A stretch of DNA of 64,000 bases from positions 11,555 to 75,554 of the forward strand of contig CAZTGD010000005.1 of assembly GCA_964613055.1 (NCBI GenBank). Reading direction: 5' to 3'. Source of the stretch: an uncultured Caldisericales bacterium. GTDB lineage: Bacteria; Caldisericota; Caldisericia; JAAYUI01. The translations under genes and the position numbers were made by a program. Positions 30,449 to 42,683 of this stretch are shown piece after piece. Below the pieces are notes generated by a model. It saw only the letters and a list, made by a program, of their open reading frames with translations. It had not been told where the DNA came from and did not search any database. Position 1 is the first letter of the stretch, and the number at the start of each line of letters is the position of its first letter.

Positions 30449-32431
30449 ATGAAAATATACAGCCTATATAATCTTTTAATTACTATAGTAATAATCTCAA
30501 TTGTCGTAATTGGGTGTGCTTCTGTAGACAGTGACATTTCGTCAGACACACAGAATCAAGGTAAACAGAATATTGAAAGAAGTATCACCCAAGAAAATAA
30601 CTCAAGTAGGGAAGCGTCTATAAGTGGTGATACTAACGGCATTACTATCACCCTTTCAGAAAGGTACATGTACTCTGGTACAGATGTTCATGTGTCAGTG
30701 GAAAGTGAGGATGAGATTGAGAGTGTTTATTATTACCCAGTCTTTTCAGACACATCTGTCGAGAAGCCATATTATGCCAGGTACTGGGATAGAGATCGTT
30801 CGATAAACATACTAACACCTGATAAAGACAAACACACCATTAACTTTACAATACCTGCAGACAGTCTGTACGCTCAAAGCTATGATTTACCTATTGCAGT
30901 AAAGCTTGCTGGGCAAGAGAAAACAAGGGGTGTCGTAGCAAGATTTGATGTCTTAGAAGAGCCAAAGGTTTTACTGGACTACGACAGACACAACTGGGAA
31001 AGTGAACAGACCATACGCGTAACCCCAAAACCAGATGTGATAGAAAGTGTTGTATATGTTGACCCACAGGGTAACAAGCAATCCCTTGAACTTCAAAGAT
31101 CATCTCAAGGTGCTATGTTTAAGCTGAACACACAACTTCCCCCACCTGATATGAATGGAGCACTCATACTAACAAGTACTTTTGGTCTAACAAGCACCAT
31201 TGATCTAAGCACATATGAAGACGATGGACAACGTATCTATTTTTGTGGAAAGAAAACACAAAAGGTTAATGGTAAAACATCTGTTATAGGGTACTTCATC
31301 TATTCAAACAGTCTGGATTGCAACGACCCAAGGGTAGAATTCGAGATTCCCGCATTTGAGTTTGAAGATGAGTATTTTTCGAGCCTGGTTGATGATAGTG
31401 GAATTACGAAACACGAGGTACACCCAGGAATACTTCACTTACATGCTATCTCTCCTGATAAAAGATACTATGTATTCGCTTGTTCATACGAAAAACCTGT
31501 AATTGGAGATAAACACTTTGAAGGTAGAACAATAAAAAATATCTCTATCTCATTCTCTATTGTATACGATAATCAAACCAAGAACTATAAACATTTCAAT
31601 AGTGGCTACTACTACACAATGAATCCCAGACAAAAAGAAGGCTCACTGAATTGGGATGATTTTAAACGTACAAGACCACTCTACTGGAAATCAGACACAG
31701 AGCTTATAATGCTTAAGACAATACCAGAAGACAGGTTCTGGTCTCAATATGAAGCTGAGAATGACCCCAGGATTAAACACAGATGGAGCTTATCCCCTCC
31801 AGATCCAGAGACTGTAATAATCTGTTTTAATGTCGAAGACCTTTCTACCGAAGTGCTTGAAGATCACTATGCTGTGAGACCGAGAGTTCAGGTAACAGAT
31901 CACGTAACAGGAATAACAAGTTGGTATGGACCTTATGATGATTTTCGAAGTGAAATTGGTTATGTGGGATGGAATAATGTCTATTCATATGCCATAAGCG
32001 ATAAAACTGGCAAACATATATGGACAGCTGAAGATTTATGTGAAAAGTTGGGGATATCAATTGAAAATGCCTTAAAGAGTAATGTAGTTGGTTACCTTGG
32101 AGCGACCATTTACCAGAATAAACCGAGAGCAATCATAAAGACTTCTAACTCTGCTTGTGAATACATATACTACCTTTTCCATCCAATCACTGGAGATGTT
32201 GAAATAATAAGGAAAGAGAAACCTCACTTTGATGACAGAGATCCAGAATATCTTACAGGAGAGGTAAAAGCACTTAGATCATGCTCTGCCAATCCAGAGA
32301 CACCACCACTGATTATCATTGAAAACCATCTATACAAACTGGGTGAAGACGGGTCGATTACTCTATACTCTGGTAACTCAATTCTACCAGAGGATGTAAA
32401 TGAATGTCGCAGTGGTTATTTCATTAGATAA
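30449..32431 (+). CDS. hypothetical lipoprotein
   Basis: SD AAGGAG, lipobox VIGC, 660 aa. Confidence 0.75.
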   Translation: MKIYSLYNLLITIVIISIVVIGCASVDSDISSDTQNQGKQNIERSITQENNSSREASISGDTNGITITLSERYMYSGTDVHVSVESEDEIESVYYYPVFSDTSVEKPYYARYWDRDRSINILTPDKDKHTINFTIPADSLYAQSYDLPIAVKLAGQEKTRGVVARFDVLEEPKVLLDYDRHNWESEQTIRVTPKPDVIESVVYVDPQGNKQSLELQRSSQGAMFKLNTQLPPPDMNGALILTSTFGLTSTIDLSTYEDDGQRIYFCGKKTQKVNGKTSVIGYFIYSNSLDCNDPRVEFEIPAFEFEDEYFSSLVDDSGITKHEVHPGILHLHAISPDKRYYVFACSYEKPVIGDKHFEGRTIKNISISFSIVYDNQTKNYKHFNSGYYYTMNPRQKEGSLNWDDFKRTRPLYWKSDTELIMLKTIPEDRFWSQYEAENDPRIKHRWSLSPPDPETVIICFNVEDLSTEVLEDHYAVRPRVQVTDHVTGITSWYGPYDDFRSEIGYVGWNNVYSYAISDKTGKHIWTAEDLCEKLGISIENALKSNVVGYLGATIYQNKPRAIIKTSNSACEYIYYLFHPITGDVEIIRKEKPHFDDRDPEYLTGEVKALRSCSANPETPPLIIIENHLYKLGEDGSITLYSGNSILPEDVNECRSGYFIR

Positions 32432-32461
32432 GACTAGTTGGTTTTGAGAGGAGAATAGAGA

Positions 32462-33274
32462 GTGGATAACAGTTTTATAAAATTCCTTGTCTTGGCTGTG
32501 TTAGTAGCGTCACTTGGATTATTCAATGGATGTGACAATGGCAACCAGGTCGATGATGAAACGCCAGATAAACAAATTCTAGAATACTCTGAAAATGTCG
32601 ATGGATTTATAGATATCAACATTTTTTCAGATGATCCGTCTTTTGAAGGCAACGGAAAGATCCCAAAGAACCAAGAAGTTTGGTACCATATCGATAGTGA
32701 AATAGCAGGTTGGGGCGATCCAATATCACTTGCCATCGACCTTCTTGATTTCATAAAAGAAAGGGACATCGATGGATTTTTAAGCTGTATCAATCCTGAT
32801 ACATTACAAAGTGAAACACTTTCAACGGGGTCTTCTCTAGAGTACTACGCGAAATATACTAAACCAGATGAGTTTCGACTCGATAAAATAGCAATCATAA
32901 AATCACTCTACTATGATGAGTTTGGTAATGAGATTACTAAGAATGAATACTGGCAGATCAGGGCTGACATGATCAGTGAAATAACAAAAAATCATGAGGA
33001 TTATTATGAATTATCATCTGAAGAATTAACAGATGAAGATGCAATTGATTATATGACAATGTTAGATGAGATAAACGCAGAAGCCAGAGAAGAAGTGAAT
33101 CAACGCATGCCACCGGTAAAAGAAGTTTATGAGGACAGATACTTTGTGTATTTATTTGTTACAATAAACGAATATGAGTATTCTTATTTGACAATAGAGA
33201 TAATTAAAACCAAAGAGGGTTATTTTGTGAATAAATACTATCTTTCCGAGGAGTATACCGGTGGTGATGTATAG
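32462..33274 (+). CDS. acidic hypothetical lipoprotein
   Basis: GTG start, lipobox FNGC, Asp/Glu-rich. Confidence 0.7.
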   Translation: MDNSFIKFLVLAVLVASLGLFNGCDNGNQVDDETPDKQILEYSENVDGFIDINIFSDDPSFEGNGKIPKNQEVWYHIDSEIAGWGDPISLAIDLLDFIKERDIDGFLSCINPDTLQSETLSTGSSLEYYAKYTKPDEFRLDKIAIIKSLYYDEFGNEITKNEYWQIRADMISEITKNHEDYYELSSEELTDEDAIDYMTMLDEINAEAREEVNQRMPPVKEVYEDRYFVYLFVTINEYEYSYLTIEIIKTKEGYFVNKYYLSEEYTGGDV

Positions 33275-33324
33275 GTTGTTCATTGATATAATACATGTTC
33301 AGTATTAAGAAATGAGGATTAAAT

Positions 33325-36300
33325 ATGAAGAAGATTGCACTTGTAATAGTACTGCTGATGATTGCTAACCTTACGGGTTGCTCGATCGCAGACACAAACC
33401 CTTTTGAAGTAAAAGAAGCAAGGGCAGACCAAGACTACACCTACTCATATTATGAAAGGCTTGATGGTAGCGAAGGAATAGAAGTTTTTGATTGGTCGAA
33501 TGACATACCAATGGGATCATTGGTAATCGAGTATGATAATGGATATCTGGTTACATGGTTGTCTAAGAAGAATTACTCTGATACAACAGGAACGTTGTAT
33601 GCAGGCATACTCAGATTTGACGATGAAAGTGGTGAGTCATACTGGGACGGTGGTGGTTCTAGCGATTTCCCATTTGTAATTTCTCCCGAAGTATCCAGTC
33701 ATTATATGAGAGTTAGTCAAGATGCTTACGGTAATGACATTGCTTACATAGCGTATTCACTTAGTACTGGCCCGACACTTAGCATAATACAGTTGATAAC
33801 TCTGTCAGATGATGGTTGGGGTTTAATTGCTGATGATGTTGACTCACTGCCAAATGCAGGTGCATTCAATTCATCTCCATACATTACCTTTGATCAAAAC
33901 AATAATCCAGTTTGTGCATGGGCAAGTAGTACAGGTGGTATATCTCAAATTGCACTTAGTTCATGGAATGGTCTTGAATGGACTGATCTAAATGGACAAC
34001 CGGGATTCGAATATGTGACAATACAACCTCCCTCCGGTGGTCAAGCAGATTTTCCAAGTATTGGTTATCTAGACAGTGGTGAATTGGTACTAATTTGGGA
34101 AGATCTGGGTTTAGGTAGTGTAAATCTATTTGTCGCAAAGAGAACGCCAACTGGTTGGACAAGCCTAAATGGTGGTCCAATAACAGATATATATGATTAT
34201 CCAGGTAATGCACGCTTTTCGAGACTCAAAATAGATGATTTAACGGGCAACCCATATGTCATATGGGCAGAAGGATCTTATACGGATGGTGTTCTTCTCT
34301 ATGGAGAGTACAATCTAGCTATGAGCCAATGGGAAGGATTTAATGGGTTATCTTTCCCATCAGATATTCCATACTTGAAAGCAATTGATTCACCAAATAG
34401 TGATGATGAGGATCCTCCGGAAGAAATATTTCCTCCAGATCCTATACTCCCACCATGGCCAACACCAGAACCTCCCCCTATACCTCCACCAGCTCCAGAA
34501 CCAAGACCGCCAGGCAATATAATCAAACCTGAACCTCCCGACACAGGTGTGATTATTGAATGGGAACAAGATAAAGTTAAATTCTGGGGACCTGATATAG
34601 AAACTGACATCGTTAACATACCATACATTTTTTATTTTTCAGATGGGACACGTATCGACTCAATTTATGGATGTTCGCGGATGATACCTGACAATGATGA
34701 AGAATCACCTAGTGTGTTACAGGGTAAAGCTCTCATGTTTAAAAAACCAGCTAAAGCAAAAATTGAATGTAGCGAGTGCTGTGTTTACATGGGACCTGAT
34801 GAAAGCAAAGATATTGATGTTACAATTACAGGGTTAAGAGGTATTCTGGATAAATCATCTGTAGATCTTGTGGTTACATCTGCAGATCCAACCAAAGTTT
34901 CTGCATCCATAGTGCCATCAATAGGATACTTCTCTGGTGGCACCGGCTTTACATCTACTCTTACTCTTCAGACAACAAGTCAATTGATTAATACTAGTAT
35001 TGTTGTGACAATTAATGCTTATGATGAACTAAGTAATGTAATTGGGACAAAGACGGTTACAGTAAACATAAGAAGCTATACAATTGATGCTCCAAACAGA
35101 GATGTTGTAATCTTGCCTCCTGGAAAATCATACAGAAGTGTTAGTTTTACTTTCGTGGATAACTATGCAAGCGACATATCAGCAACTATTCTCTCCAATA
35201 TTCCCGACGGTTTGACAATTACGATAGACCCAAATCCTATGACCCCTGATGAAGAAGAGGAATTACCAGGTGACCTGGGAACAGAATCAAACATAATTGA
35301 CATCACTTTTGATGCAGATGAAACAATAGAATCCGGCAAATACAAGATTGAGATAAGTTTTGGGAATGGTATTATCATTGAATATAATTTGAAGGTTATA
35401 GATTACGATTTTACTTGCTACGACACAATTCGACGCATATCATCAAGTGAAAACTCTGCGACTTGGAGAGTCGAGATAGTTCCACGTGACAGCTTCACAG
35501 GTGAAGTGGATCTTTCTATTATCAATCTTCCTGATAATGCGATGGTGAGTTACGATGTCAACAATCCCGTTCAAATCGATGGTGAATCGGTTGTAGTGAA
35601 TGTAACAATCACGTTCACTGATAACGAACAAGACATATTCACTTTTGCGTTGAATGCTGAGTCATCATTGAATCCATACAGTGTTATACTAACAGTCTAC
35701 CGAGGTAATTATAATGTAGATTCATACCACATAATTGGCAACATGATACCTGGAGATTTGGTTACATATGGAATAAATATCTACAACTTTGGTGATACTG
35801 AACTTATATTTTCTCTTACGGATTCAGGTGTACCAACAAATTGGGAGACTGAATTTGCCACAACCTCAATTACGATTCCAGCAATGACATCTGATTCAGT
35901 ATTATACGAAATTGATATCCCAAGAGACACCACAGTTAGTGAAGACACCATTACCATTACAGTATCAAGTGGTACAATGTCTGAGAGTACAGTGATTGAT
36001 ATTAAAGAGCAAGGATGCGACATAACAGTGTATTGCTCGCAAACTCTCGAAATAGAAAGAGGTGATTCTAGATACGTTTCTATTGCTCTAACATCTAATA
36101 ATGGATATACCGGTGATGTAAAAATCAAAGTGAATGTTAATCCACCTTTACCTTGGTTGAGAGTGAATATTGACCCAAACATAGTAACAGTAATCCCCGG
36201 AAAAACTGTATACACTGGGGCAAAAATAACAGTTGACGGGGGTGCTTCACAGCTTGGGTTCGGTGATCTCAATGGGAATATACCAATATCAGATTTGGAG

Positions 36301-39024
36301 GTAAGCTTTGTTTCTGAGATTCCAAAGACTGGTGTAAAACTCATGATTCCATTGTCTTATCAAAGCCAATATTCCTTGCAATCTACAGATGGTACTGAAA
36401 CTACTAATGTAATAAAAATCGAGGTGCCTGAAGATAGTGATTCTGGGATACTTTTTGAATGCCAACCACATAAGTTGTTACGCCAGATTAAACAAAAGAT
36501 GGGACCAGCAAATGCAACAATGGATGCAGATGCTACCACATCTTATTCGGTAATTATTCCATATATTGCCATGAACGTTAAGGGAGAAGGGTGGACAGTT
36601 AGTTTTGATAAGCTTGAAGTCTTATACCCGCATAACATGACTGGTTGTTATGGAGAGGGATTCAACTACTTCGACTTCGATAATATGCAACTATATGATA
36701 GCTTTGAAATAGACGAATCATTGGATAATGTCAAAAATACAACTACAGATTATTACTGTGATGTTGGAAATGGTGCTGAACAAATATCGGATGTAGTAGA
36801 TGCAAAAAAGGCTATAGGTATGCCGGTAATTGATACGATTCACCCTGAGTATGCAGATTCAGTTTTTAGCAAACTGTTTGACTCTGAGATGTGTGAACTT
36901 GGTGAACAACCAAAGAATTGCAACATATGCATCGAAGATATTAGATATTTATATTATGGTATTGAGTACAATTCAAGAGGAGATGATGTTGCAGACATTC
37001 CTGATCTTGATCCTCCAGCGACAATAAAAATACCCATAAGAGCAACATTTAATGCCACAAATAGCTCTATACCTGGAACAGAAAAAATTCAAGTGACAAA
37101 GATATGCACAATACATTATGAAAAACCGTTACCAATACATTCTGTAGGTTCAGAGAGACTGGCAACTGATTGGTATGTCGGTGATACGCATGTTCACTCT
37201 ACATGTTCAAAACTAAGATTATCTGGTCCGTCAAATGACAACGATGACGATCGAGAATGGTGTGGGTGCACTCATTCTAATACAGGATGTGGTAATATTG
37301 ATGAAGCAGGAGGTCCCTCTTTCACTCAGAGAACTGAAGAGGCAAGGGAAATGAACTTTGATTTTATCTATGTCGCAGATCATTCAAATGGTTCTGGAGG
37401 TAGGATTATGTGCTCTGATGATGCAGACTCTGCGTATAATAATGTTATTACTGATATAGCAGGTAGTCCTTGTGGTGACGATATCTTACCTTGCCCAAAT
37501 GCTATTAAATGCTCATGTGATAGGCAAGAAAAGTATGTAGAGGCATTAGAAAGAGATGTTGTTGTTGTTGGGAAAACTGATAATGTTGATGACACTCATT
37601 CACAAGAAATAGCCAACAAACCATATATAATCCCCAGTATGACTTGCGGTGAACAATTTCGAACTAGTCGTTTGGTTGCTAACTATAGACATAATTGGAT
37701 AGATAACTTCGAACATGATAAACTCAATCTATTAAACACTGTTAATTCATATGATGATAGTGGTGCATTACATAAATACGTTTCCTCGATATTAGCTCAT
37801 CCACACGAACCAATTTGTGAAAGTTCTGGAGATGCGGAAGTTACATACATAGATGACATGATGCACGGAATAGCAGAGGAATACTAACCTTTTACTTGGG
37901 AAGCAAGAAATAATGTTTATGGAGATTCATGGGGTTTCCCATGGCAATATCCTGGATCACCAGACGAAGATCCTTGGGGATTGTGGCCAGAAGGTTGTGA
38001 GTCAATCTGTCCTTACCAAAAAGGAATGAGACACAGAGTAGGTTCTGGTGGTTGTGGTTGTACTGTGGGTGCATGTGAAAGCAACTGGGGTTATGATGGT
38101 ATGGAGTTAATTTATGGGTCATACGGTGATTATCGACATAATCATAAGACTCTTGAAAGATGGAAGGATGAATTAGAGGATGAAAAGCTACTTGTTACTG
38201 AAGCACATCCCCCAGATTTCACGTGGACAACTGACGGTCCGCCGGATTTAGTTGGTAGGGATTGTCTACACCCATTTGTTGTTGGTGCGTCTAATGTTCT
38301 CCGCTGGTGGATGGGTCCTTACAATAGATACTATGGCAAAAATGTTACATATATTAGAGCAAGAGAATTTAATGCATACAAAAATGATTATAATGAATCA
38401 GGTTCAGGGTTAATTCATCCTCTTGGGTATTTCCTTAAAACAGGCAAGACTGTTGCCTCTGGTAGAGGAAGTTTTGCTACATTCTGGCTTTCTACAACAT
38501 GTGATCGGGAGTATCCAGGTGAAACAAGTTATTATGGAGGGGGTCTTCATCGAAAGTGCCAAGATAATTGGTATTGCGGTGATCACCTTACATCAATTGG
38601 TCCTGGTGATATTATTGCTTGGAAAAAGGGTTGTTGTGATTACCAATATCGAAAAACTGAAGATGATGTAAGAATTCGTATTCTTGCAAAATCTGCATTT
38701 TCTTTTGGATATCCAATAAAAGCAAAACTCTACATCAATAACGAAGATCTCCCTGAAGAACAATTACTGAAAGAATATGGGTCTTTTAGCTCCTGGGATC
38801 TAAGTACTGAGTGCCCTGAAGCCGGCGATCCATGTAGCACCAACAATACAGAAAATATAAAAATAAATGATAGTGACGAGGTTTGGTATTATATTGATGA
38901 AGATTTTGATGAAGATGATCTCGGGGATCCACCTTGGTACATCAGATTAGAGGTTGAATTCTACGTGCCAGGCATGCATCCAAATGAGAAGGTGTTTACA
39001 TCGCCAGTATATTCAAAATATTAA
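33325..39024 (+). pseudogene. giant lipoprotein (propeller-like region, Pro linker, Ig-like repeats, PHP/CehA-like hydrolase) split by in-frame TAA at 37885
   Basis: Lipobox LTGC; GDTHVHS, ADH and AHPH motifs. ORFs 33325..37887 and 37981..39024 share a frame with only one stop between them. Confidence 0.7.
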
Positions 39025-39039
39025 AATCATAAGAGTTTA

Positions 39040-39092
39040 AAGCCAGTAGTGCTGAATACACTAAGCTAAAGGTGCAAAAGTGCTACTGGCTT
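39040..39092. repeat. inverted repeat between convergent genes (possible terminator or mobile-element scar)
   Basis: AAGCCAGTAG...CTACTGGCTT with a long loop. Confidence 0.4.
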
Positions 39093-39217
39093 CTAAATGC
39101 CAATAGAGTTCAAAATTGCACCTGCAGAAAAAAGGTGATATGAGGTAAATATACCCCACCCCTACCGTATAAAAAAATACACCTATCAAAAATATATCAA
39201 GCTCTAAGTTTTCTATT

Positions 39218-39796
39218 CTAGATTATGCTACTCTCATTGATCACAAACCACCGGGCAAATTTAGCAAGAGCCTCACCTCGATGTGAGATTCTATTCTTTT
39301 CTTCCTTGCTGATCTGAGCTGTGGTGTGTTCGCCGTCAAACAGAAAGATAGGATCATAACCAAAACCATTCTCACCTACAGGCTCAAACCCAATCGAACC
39401 CTCCATCGACCCAACAAACAACCTTTGACCTCCTTGCCATGTAAAGCACAGTGCGCAGACAAACCTTGCTGACCTGTCTGTAACGCCATTCATCTCGTCC
39501 AACACCTTGAGATAAGCCTGTACCGGATCATCAGCATATCTGGAGGAGTATATACCAGGTCTACCACTCAAGGCATCAACCACCAGTCCAGAATCCTCAG
39601 CCATCGTGGGTATACCACACTGCTCAAACACTCCCTCAGACTTGATTATCGCATTCTCTTCGAATGTGGTGCCTGTTTCATCTGGCATAGTCATGGGCAT
39701 GTTTTTCGGTGTTAGGATATCGACATAATCAGGAAGCAAAGCCCTTACTTCATTGACCTTTCCCTTGTTACTCGTGGCAAACATCAGCTTTCTCAT
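39218..39796 (-). CDS. rdgB: non-canonical purine NTP pyrophosphatase (dITP/XTP)
   Basis: ATSNKGK, ETGTTFEENA, EDSGL, PGIYS, GFGYDP, SHRG. Confidence 0.95.
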   Translation of the reverse strand: MRKLMFATSNKGKVNEVRALLPDYVDILTPKNMPMTMPDETGTTFEENAIIKSEGVFEQCGIPTMAEDSGLVVDALSGRPGIYSSRYADDPVQAYLKVLDEMNGVTDRSARFVCALCFTWQGGQRLFVGSMEGSIGFEPVGENGFGYDPIFLFDGEHTTAQISKEEKNRISHRGEALAKFARWFVINESSII

Positions 39797-39837
39797 TACA
39801 ATAAAAAATAGCACAATCCGAATCATCTTTAAGGGCA

Positions 39838-39866
39838 TTACAATGAAAGCGTTTTTATCGTATAAT
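39838..39866 (+). promoter_or_regulatory. sigma70-type promoter
   Basis: TTACAA-N17-TATAAT, followed by SD AGGAGG. Confidence 0.6.
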
Positions 39867-39886
39867 AGTTTAAACAGGAGGATCGA

Positions 39887-42472
39887 ATGAAATCGATAAT
39901 TACGTTTGGACTTGTATTAGTTCTTGTGATTGGTTTGACAACAGTGATGCTGGTGGATTCAAAGACTATATATTCTGTTGGGATAAACAAAGATTCAATC
40001 ATACATGATGGACTTAGCAGAACATTTCATCTCTATCTTCCTAAAAACTATGACGGAAAAACCACACTACCCCTAGTATTTGTTCTTCATGGCGGGGGTG
40101 GAAATGCTGACCACATAGAAGAGGCAACAGGATTCTCGAAGTTGGCAGAAAAGGAAGGATTCATATGTGTTTATCCGAATGGGACTAGTAGGTTAGGTGA
40201 CAGGTTGTTGACGTGGAACGCAGGAGGTGACTGCTGTGGATATGCACTTGATCATAACATTGATGATGTTGGCTTTATAAGCACTTTGATTGATCATTTG
40301 ACAGAACACCTTGCCATAGATGAAAGACGAATATACTCGTGTGGTTTTAGTAATGGTGCGTTTATGAGCTACCGTGTTGCTTGTGAGATTCCTCATAAAC
40401 TCGCTGGGGTTGGAATTGTTGCGGGTGCACTTAACTGTAATTGTGAACCTAGTGAACCTATTTCGATAATCCACATCCACGGTAAGGATGAAAAGCATGT
40501 TCCGTATGGAGGTGGAATTGGAGAGAAGGCTGGAGTAGAAAGAGTAGACAAGTCAGTGTTCTTTGCACGGGATTTCTGGATAGAATGCAATGGATGCAGT
40601 CGAACACCCGACACGCATACGATTAACGAGGTTGCCATTGACAGTTTCGGAGGTGGCAGGTTGGGGGCAGATTTCAAACTCATCAGCATTAAGGGATTCG
40701 GGCATGCCTGGCCGGGTGGTAACTACATACCGGCAACGGGTGTAGATCCAACATGCTCGATCAATGCAACTGAGGAGCTGTGGCATTTCTTTGAAGCCCA
40801 TCCCAAGCTAACAAACCCTTTAGAGGAGATTGCTAACTGGGCCTACCAGATAGACGACCTTTCCGATGAGAAACTGGATAGGTTGGCTGAATCTTCCTAT
40901 GATCTGCTTGTTGTTGATAGGAATGGTAGTTTAAAGGGGGAAGAAAATAACAATGACGTTGATGATGTGTCAAAACTGAGAAAAGGTAGAGATGATCGAA
41001 TCATAATCGCATATATAGATGTAGGTCAGGCGGAAAGTTACAGAAAATATTGGCAGGATGACTGGGATATAGGCAACCCAGAATGGATTGTTGGTGCTGA
41101 TCCTGATGGTTGGGATGATAACTACTGTGTGAAGTTCTGGGATAACCAGTGGAAGAATATCATGTTGGCACAATTTGATGAGTTGCTAAAGGCCGGGTAT
41201 GATGGAGCATATCTGGATTGGCTGGAGGTGTATGACTATGAGCTACTGATCAGTATTGCCGAGGATGAAGGTGTAAATCTGGAGGATGAAATCACTGAGT
41301 TTGTAAGGATTTTAGCGAGTCATTGCAGGAAGCACAATCCAGGTTTCCTGCTCATTGCCCAGAACGCTTCCGAGATGGGCAGAATCCCCAGTTATAGAAA
41401 CCTTTTCGATGGTATTGCTCAGGAGGCAATATGGTTGGATGGAGGTGGTGATCCGGAGACATCTGATGCTATAGCGGACATGTCAGTTGATGCTCAGTGG
41501 ACATCAGAACTCATCAAGGATTTGAGAGTGTGGCAATATTTTGGATTGCCAGTTTTCAACTGCGAATATGCGGTTGACAAGTCGAATGAAGCCTACAGGT
41601 TGGGCAAGAGTCACGGATTTATCACTTACTGTACAACCAGATCGCTTGATGAATTGAGTACGACTCCCCCAGATTTCAAAGATTATTTCAGGGCTGTGAA
41701 TATAAATCATGAAGGTGAGTTGAGACCATACTATCTGTATGCTCCCTCTGGAGAAGGTGAAATAATGCCTTTGGTGCTGATGCTTCATGGTGGAGGAGGA
41801 AGAGCTCTGAATGTCATACAAAGCTCTGGATTCCTTGACTTATACAGGCAAGAGGAATTTGCGATTGCCTTTCCAAACGGAGGACTGAACTCATATTTGG
41901 GTGAGAGAGATATGAGAACTTGGCACTGTGGTGATTGTTTCAGTGAGGTTCATGGTGACGACAGAGACATTGAGTATATTGCCAAGGTAATCGACAGTAT
42001 AAGCGAGAGGTTATCTATCGACCCTGACCATGTATATGTGTGTGGTCATTCAATGGGTGGGATGATGAGTCATCGTCTGGCTTGCCAGTTATCAGACAGA
42101 CTAACCGGTGTCGCATCAGTTGCGGGTCCCCTTGTAAACAGTGAGTGTTTACCCTTCGAACCCATTCCAATACTCCACATACATGGGACAGATGATCTAA
42201 CCGTTCCCTTTAATGGTGGTGAAAATCTAAGGGGTACCTGTCACTACCCAGATGTGAGTGCCATGATAGATGATATTGCAGTCAGGAATCACAATTATTC
42301 TGATCCGATTGAAAGAATTTTAAGCGAGAACGTCACTTCATTTTTCTGGGATGGATTTTACCCAGTTGAGTTGGTCGTTGTTGATGATCACGATCATACC
42401 TGGCCAAACAAACAGGACCATGGATTTTCAGCGTCAGAGTATATCTGGTGCTTCTTCAGTGGGATAAATTAG
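39887..42472 (+). CDS. secreted fusion: PHB-depolymerase-like esterase / GH114-like (TM1410-type) domain / second esterase
   Basis: LHGGGG and GFSNG; WAYQ, AYIDVGQAESYR.YW, GYDGAYLD, QNA; LHGGGG and GHSMGG, HGTDD. Confidence 0.82.
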   Translation: MKSIITFGLVLVLVIGLTTVMLVDSKTIYSVGINKDSIIHDGLSRTFHLYLPKNYDGKTTLPLVFVLHGGGGNADHIEEATGFSKLAEKEGFICVYPNGTSRLGDRLLTWNAGGDCCGYALDHNIDDVGFISTLIDHLTEHLAIDERRIYSCGFSNGAFMSYRVACEIPHKLAGVGIVAGALNCNCEPSEPISIIHIHGKDEKHVPYGGGIGEKAGVERVDKSVFFARDFWIECNGCSRTPDTHTINEVAIDSFGGGRLGADFKLISIKGFGHAWPGGNYIPATGVDPTCSINATEELWHFFEAHPKLTNPLEEIANWAYQIDDLSDEKLDRLAESSYDLLVVDRNGSLKGEENNNDVDDVSKLRKGRDDRIIIAYIDVGQAESYRKYWQDDWDIGNPEWIVGADPDGWDDNYCVKFWDNQWKNIMLAQFDELLKAGYDGAYLDWLEVYDYELLISIAEDEGVNLEDEITEFVRILASHCRKHNPGFLLIAQNASEMGRIPSYRNLFDGIAQEAIWLDGGGDPETSDAIADMSVDAQWTSELIKDLRVWQYFGLPVFNCEYAVDKSNEAYRLGKSHGFITYCTTRSLDELSTTPPDFKDYFRAVNINHEGELRPYYLYAPSGEGEIMPLVLMLHGGGGRALNVIQSSGFLDLYRQEEFAIAFPNGGLNSYLGERDMRTWHCGDCFSEVHGDDRDIEYIAKVIDSISERLSIDPDHVYVCGHSMGGMMSHRLACQLSDRLTGVASVAGPLVNSECLPFEPIPILHIHGTDDLTVPFNGGENLRGTCHYPDVSAMIDDIAVRNHNYSDPIERILSENVTSFFWDGFYPVELVVVDDHDHTWPNKQDHGFSASEYIWCFFSGIN

Positions 42473-42501
42473 ACATGTGATAATGTTTTTCATTGTATTC
42501 G

Positions 42502-42520
42502 TACAGATGTTACATCTGTA
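42502..42520. promoter_or_regulatory. perfect 9-1-9 palindrome, candidate operator
   Basis: TACAGATGT-T-ACATCTGTA upstream of promoter TTGACT-N16-TACAAT (42634-42661). Confidence 0.45.
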
Positions 42521-42683
42521 TCCATTCATTGGATACTGTGATTATGAATATTTGTGCCGATTGTCTGGCGGGTAGAATAAAAGACAGCTAACTCGATAGA
42601 ACAATAATCACCAGATTTAATATTCCAAAGCAATTGACTATACAAGATAATCCTTTACAATAAACGCACAAATGGAGGTTGAT

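Noticed and set aside
34420-34515. C-rich low-complexity tract
   Set aside because: Encodes the proline linker of the giant lipoprotein.
37885-37887. Programmed recoding of the TAA (and of TAG 24580 as pyrrolysine)
   Set aside because: No recoding signal or pyl genes visible, and TAA is not a known recoded codon here. Mutation or sequencing error is more likely.
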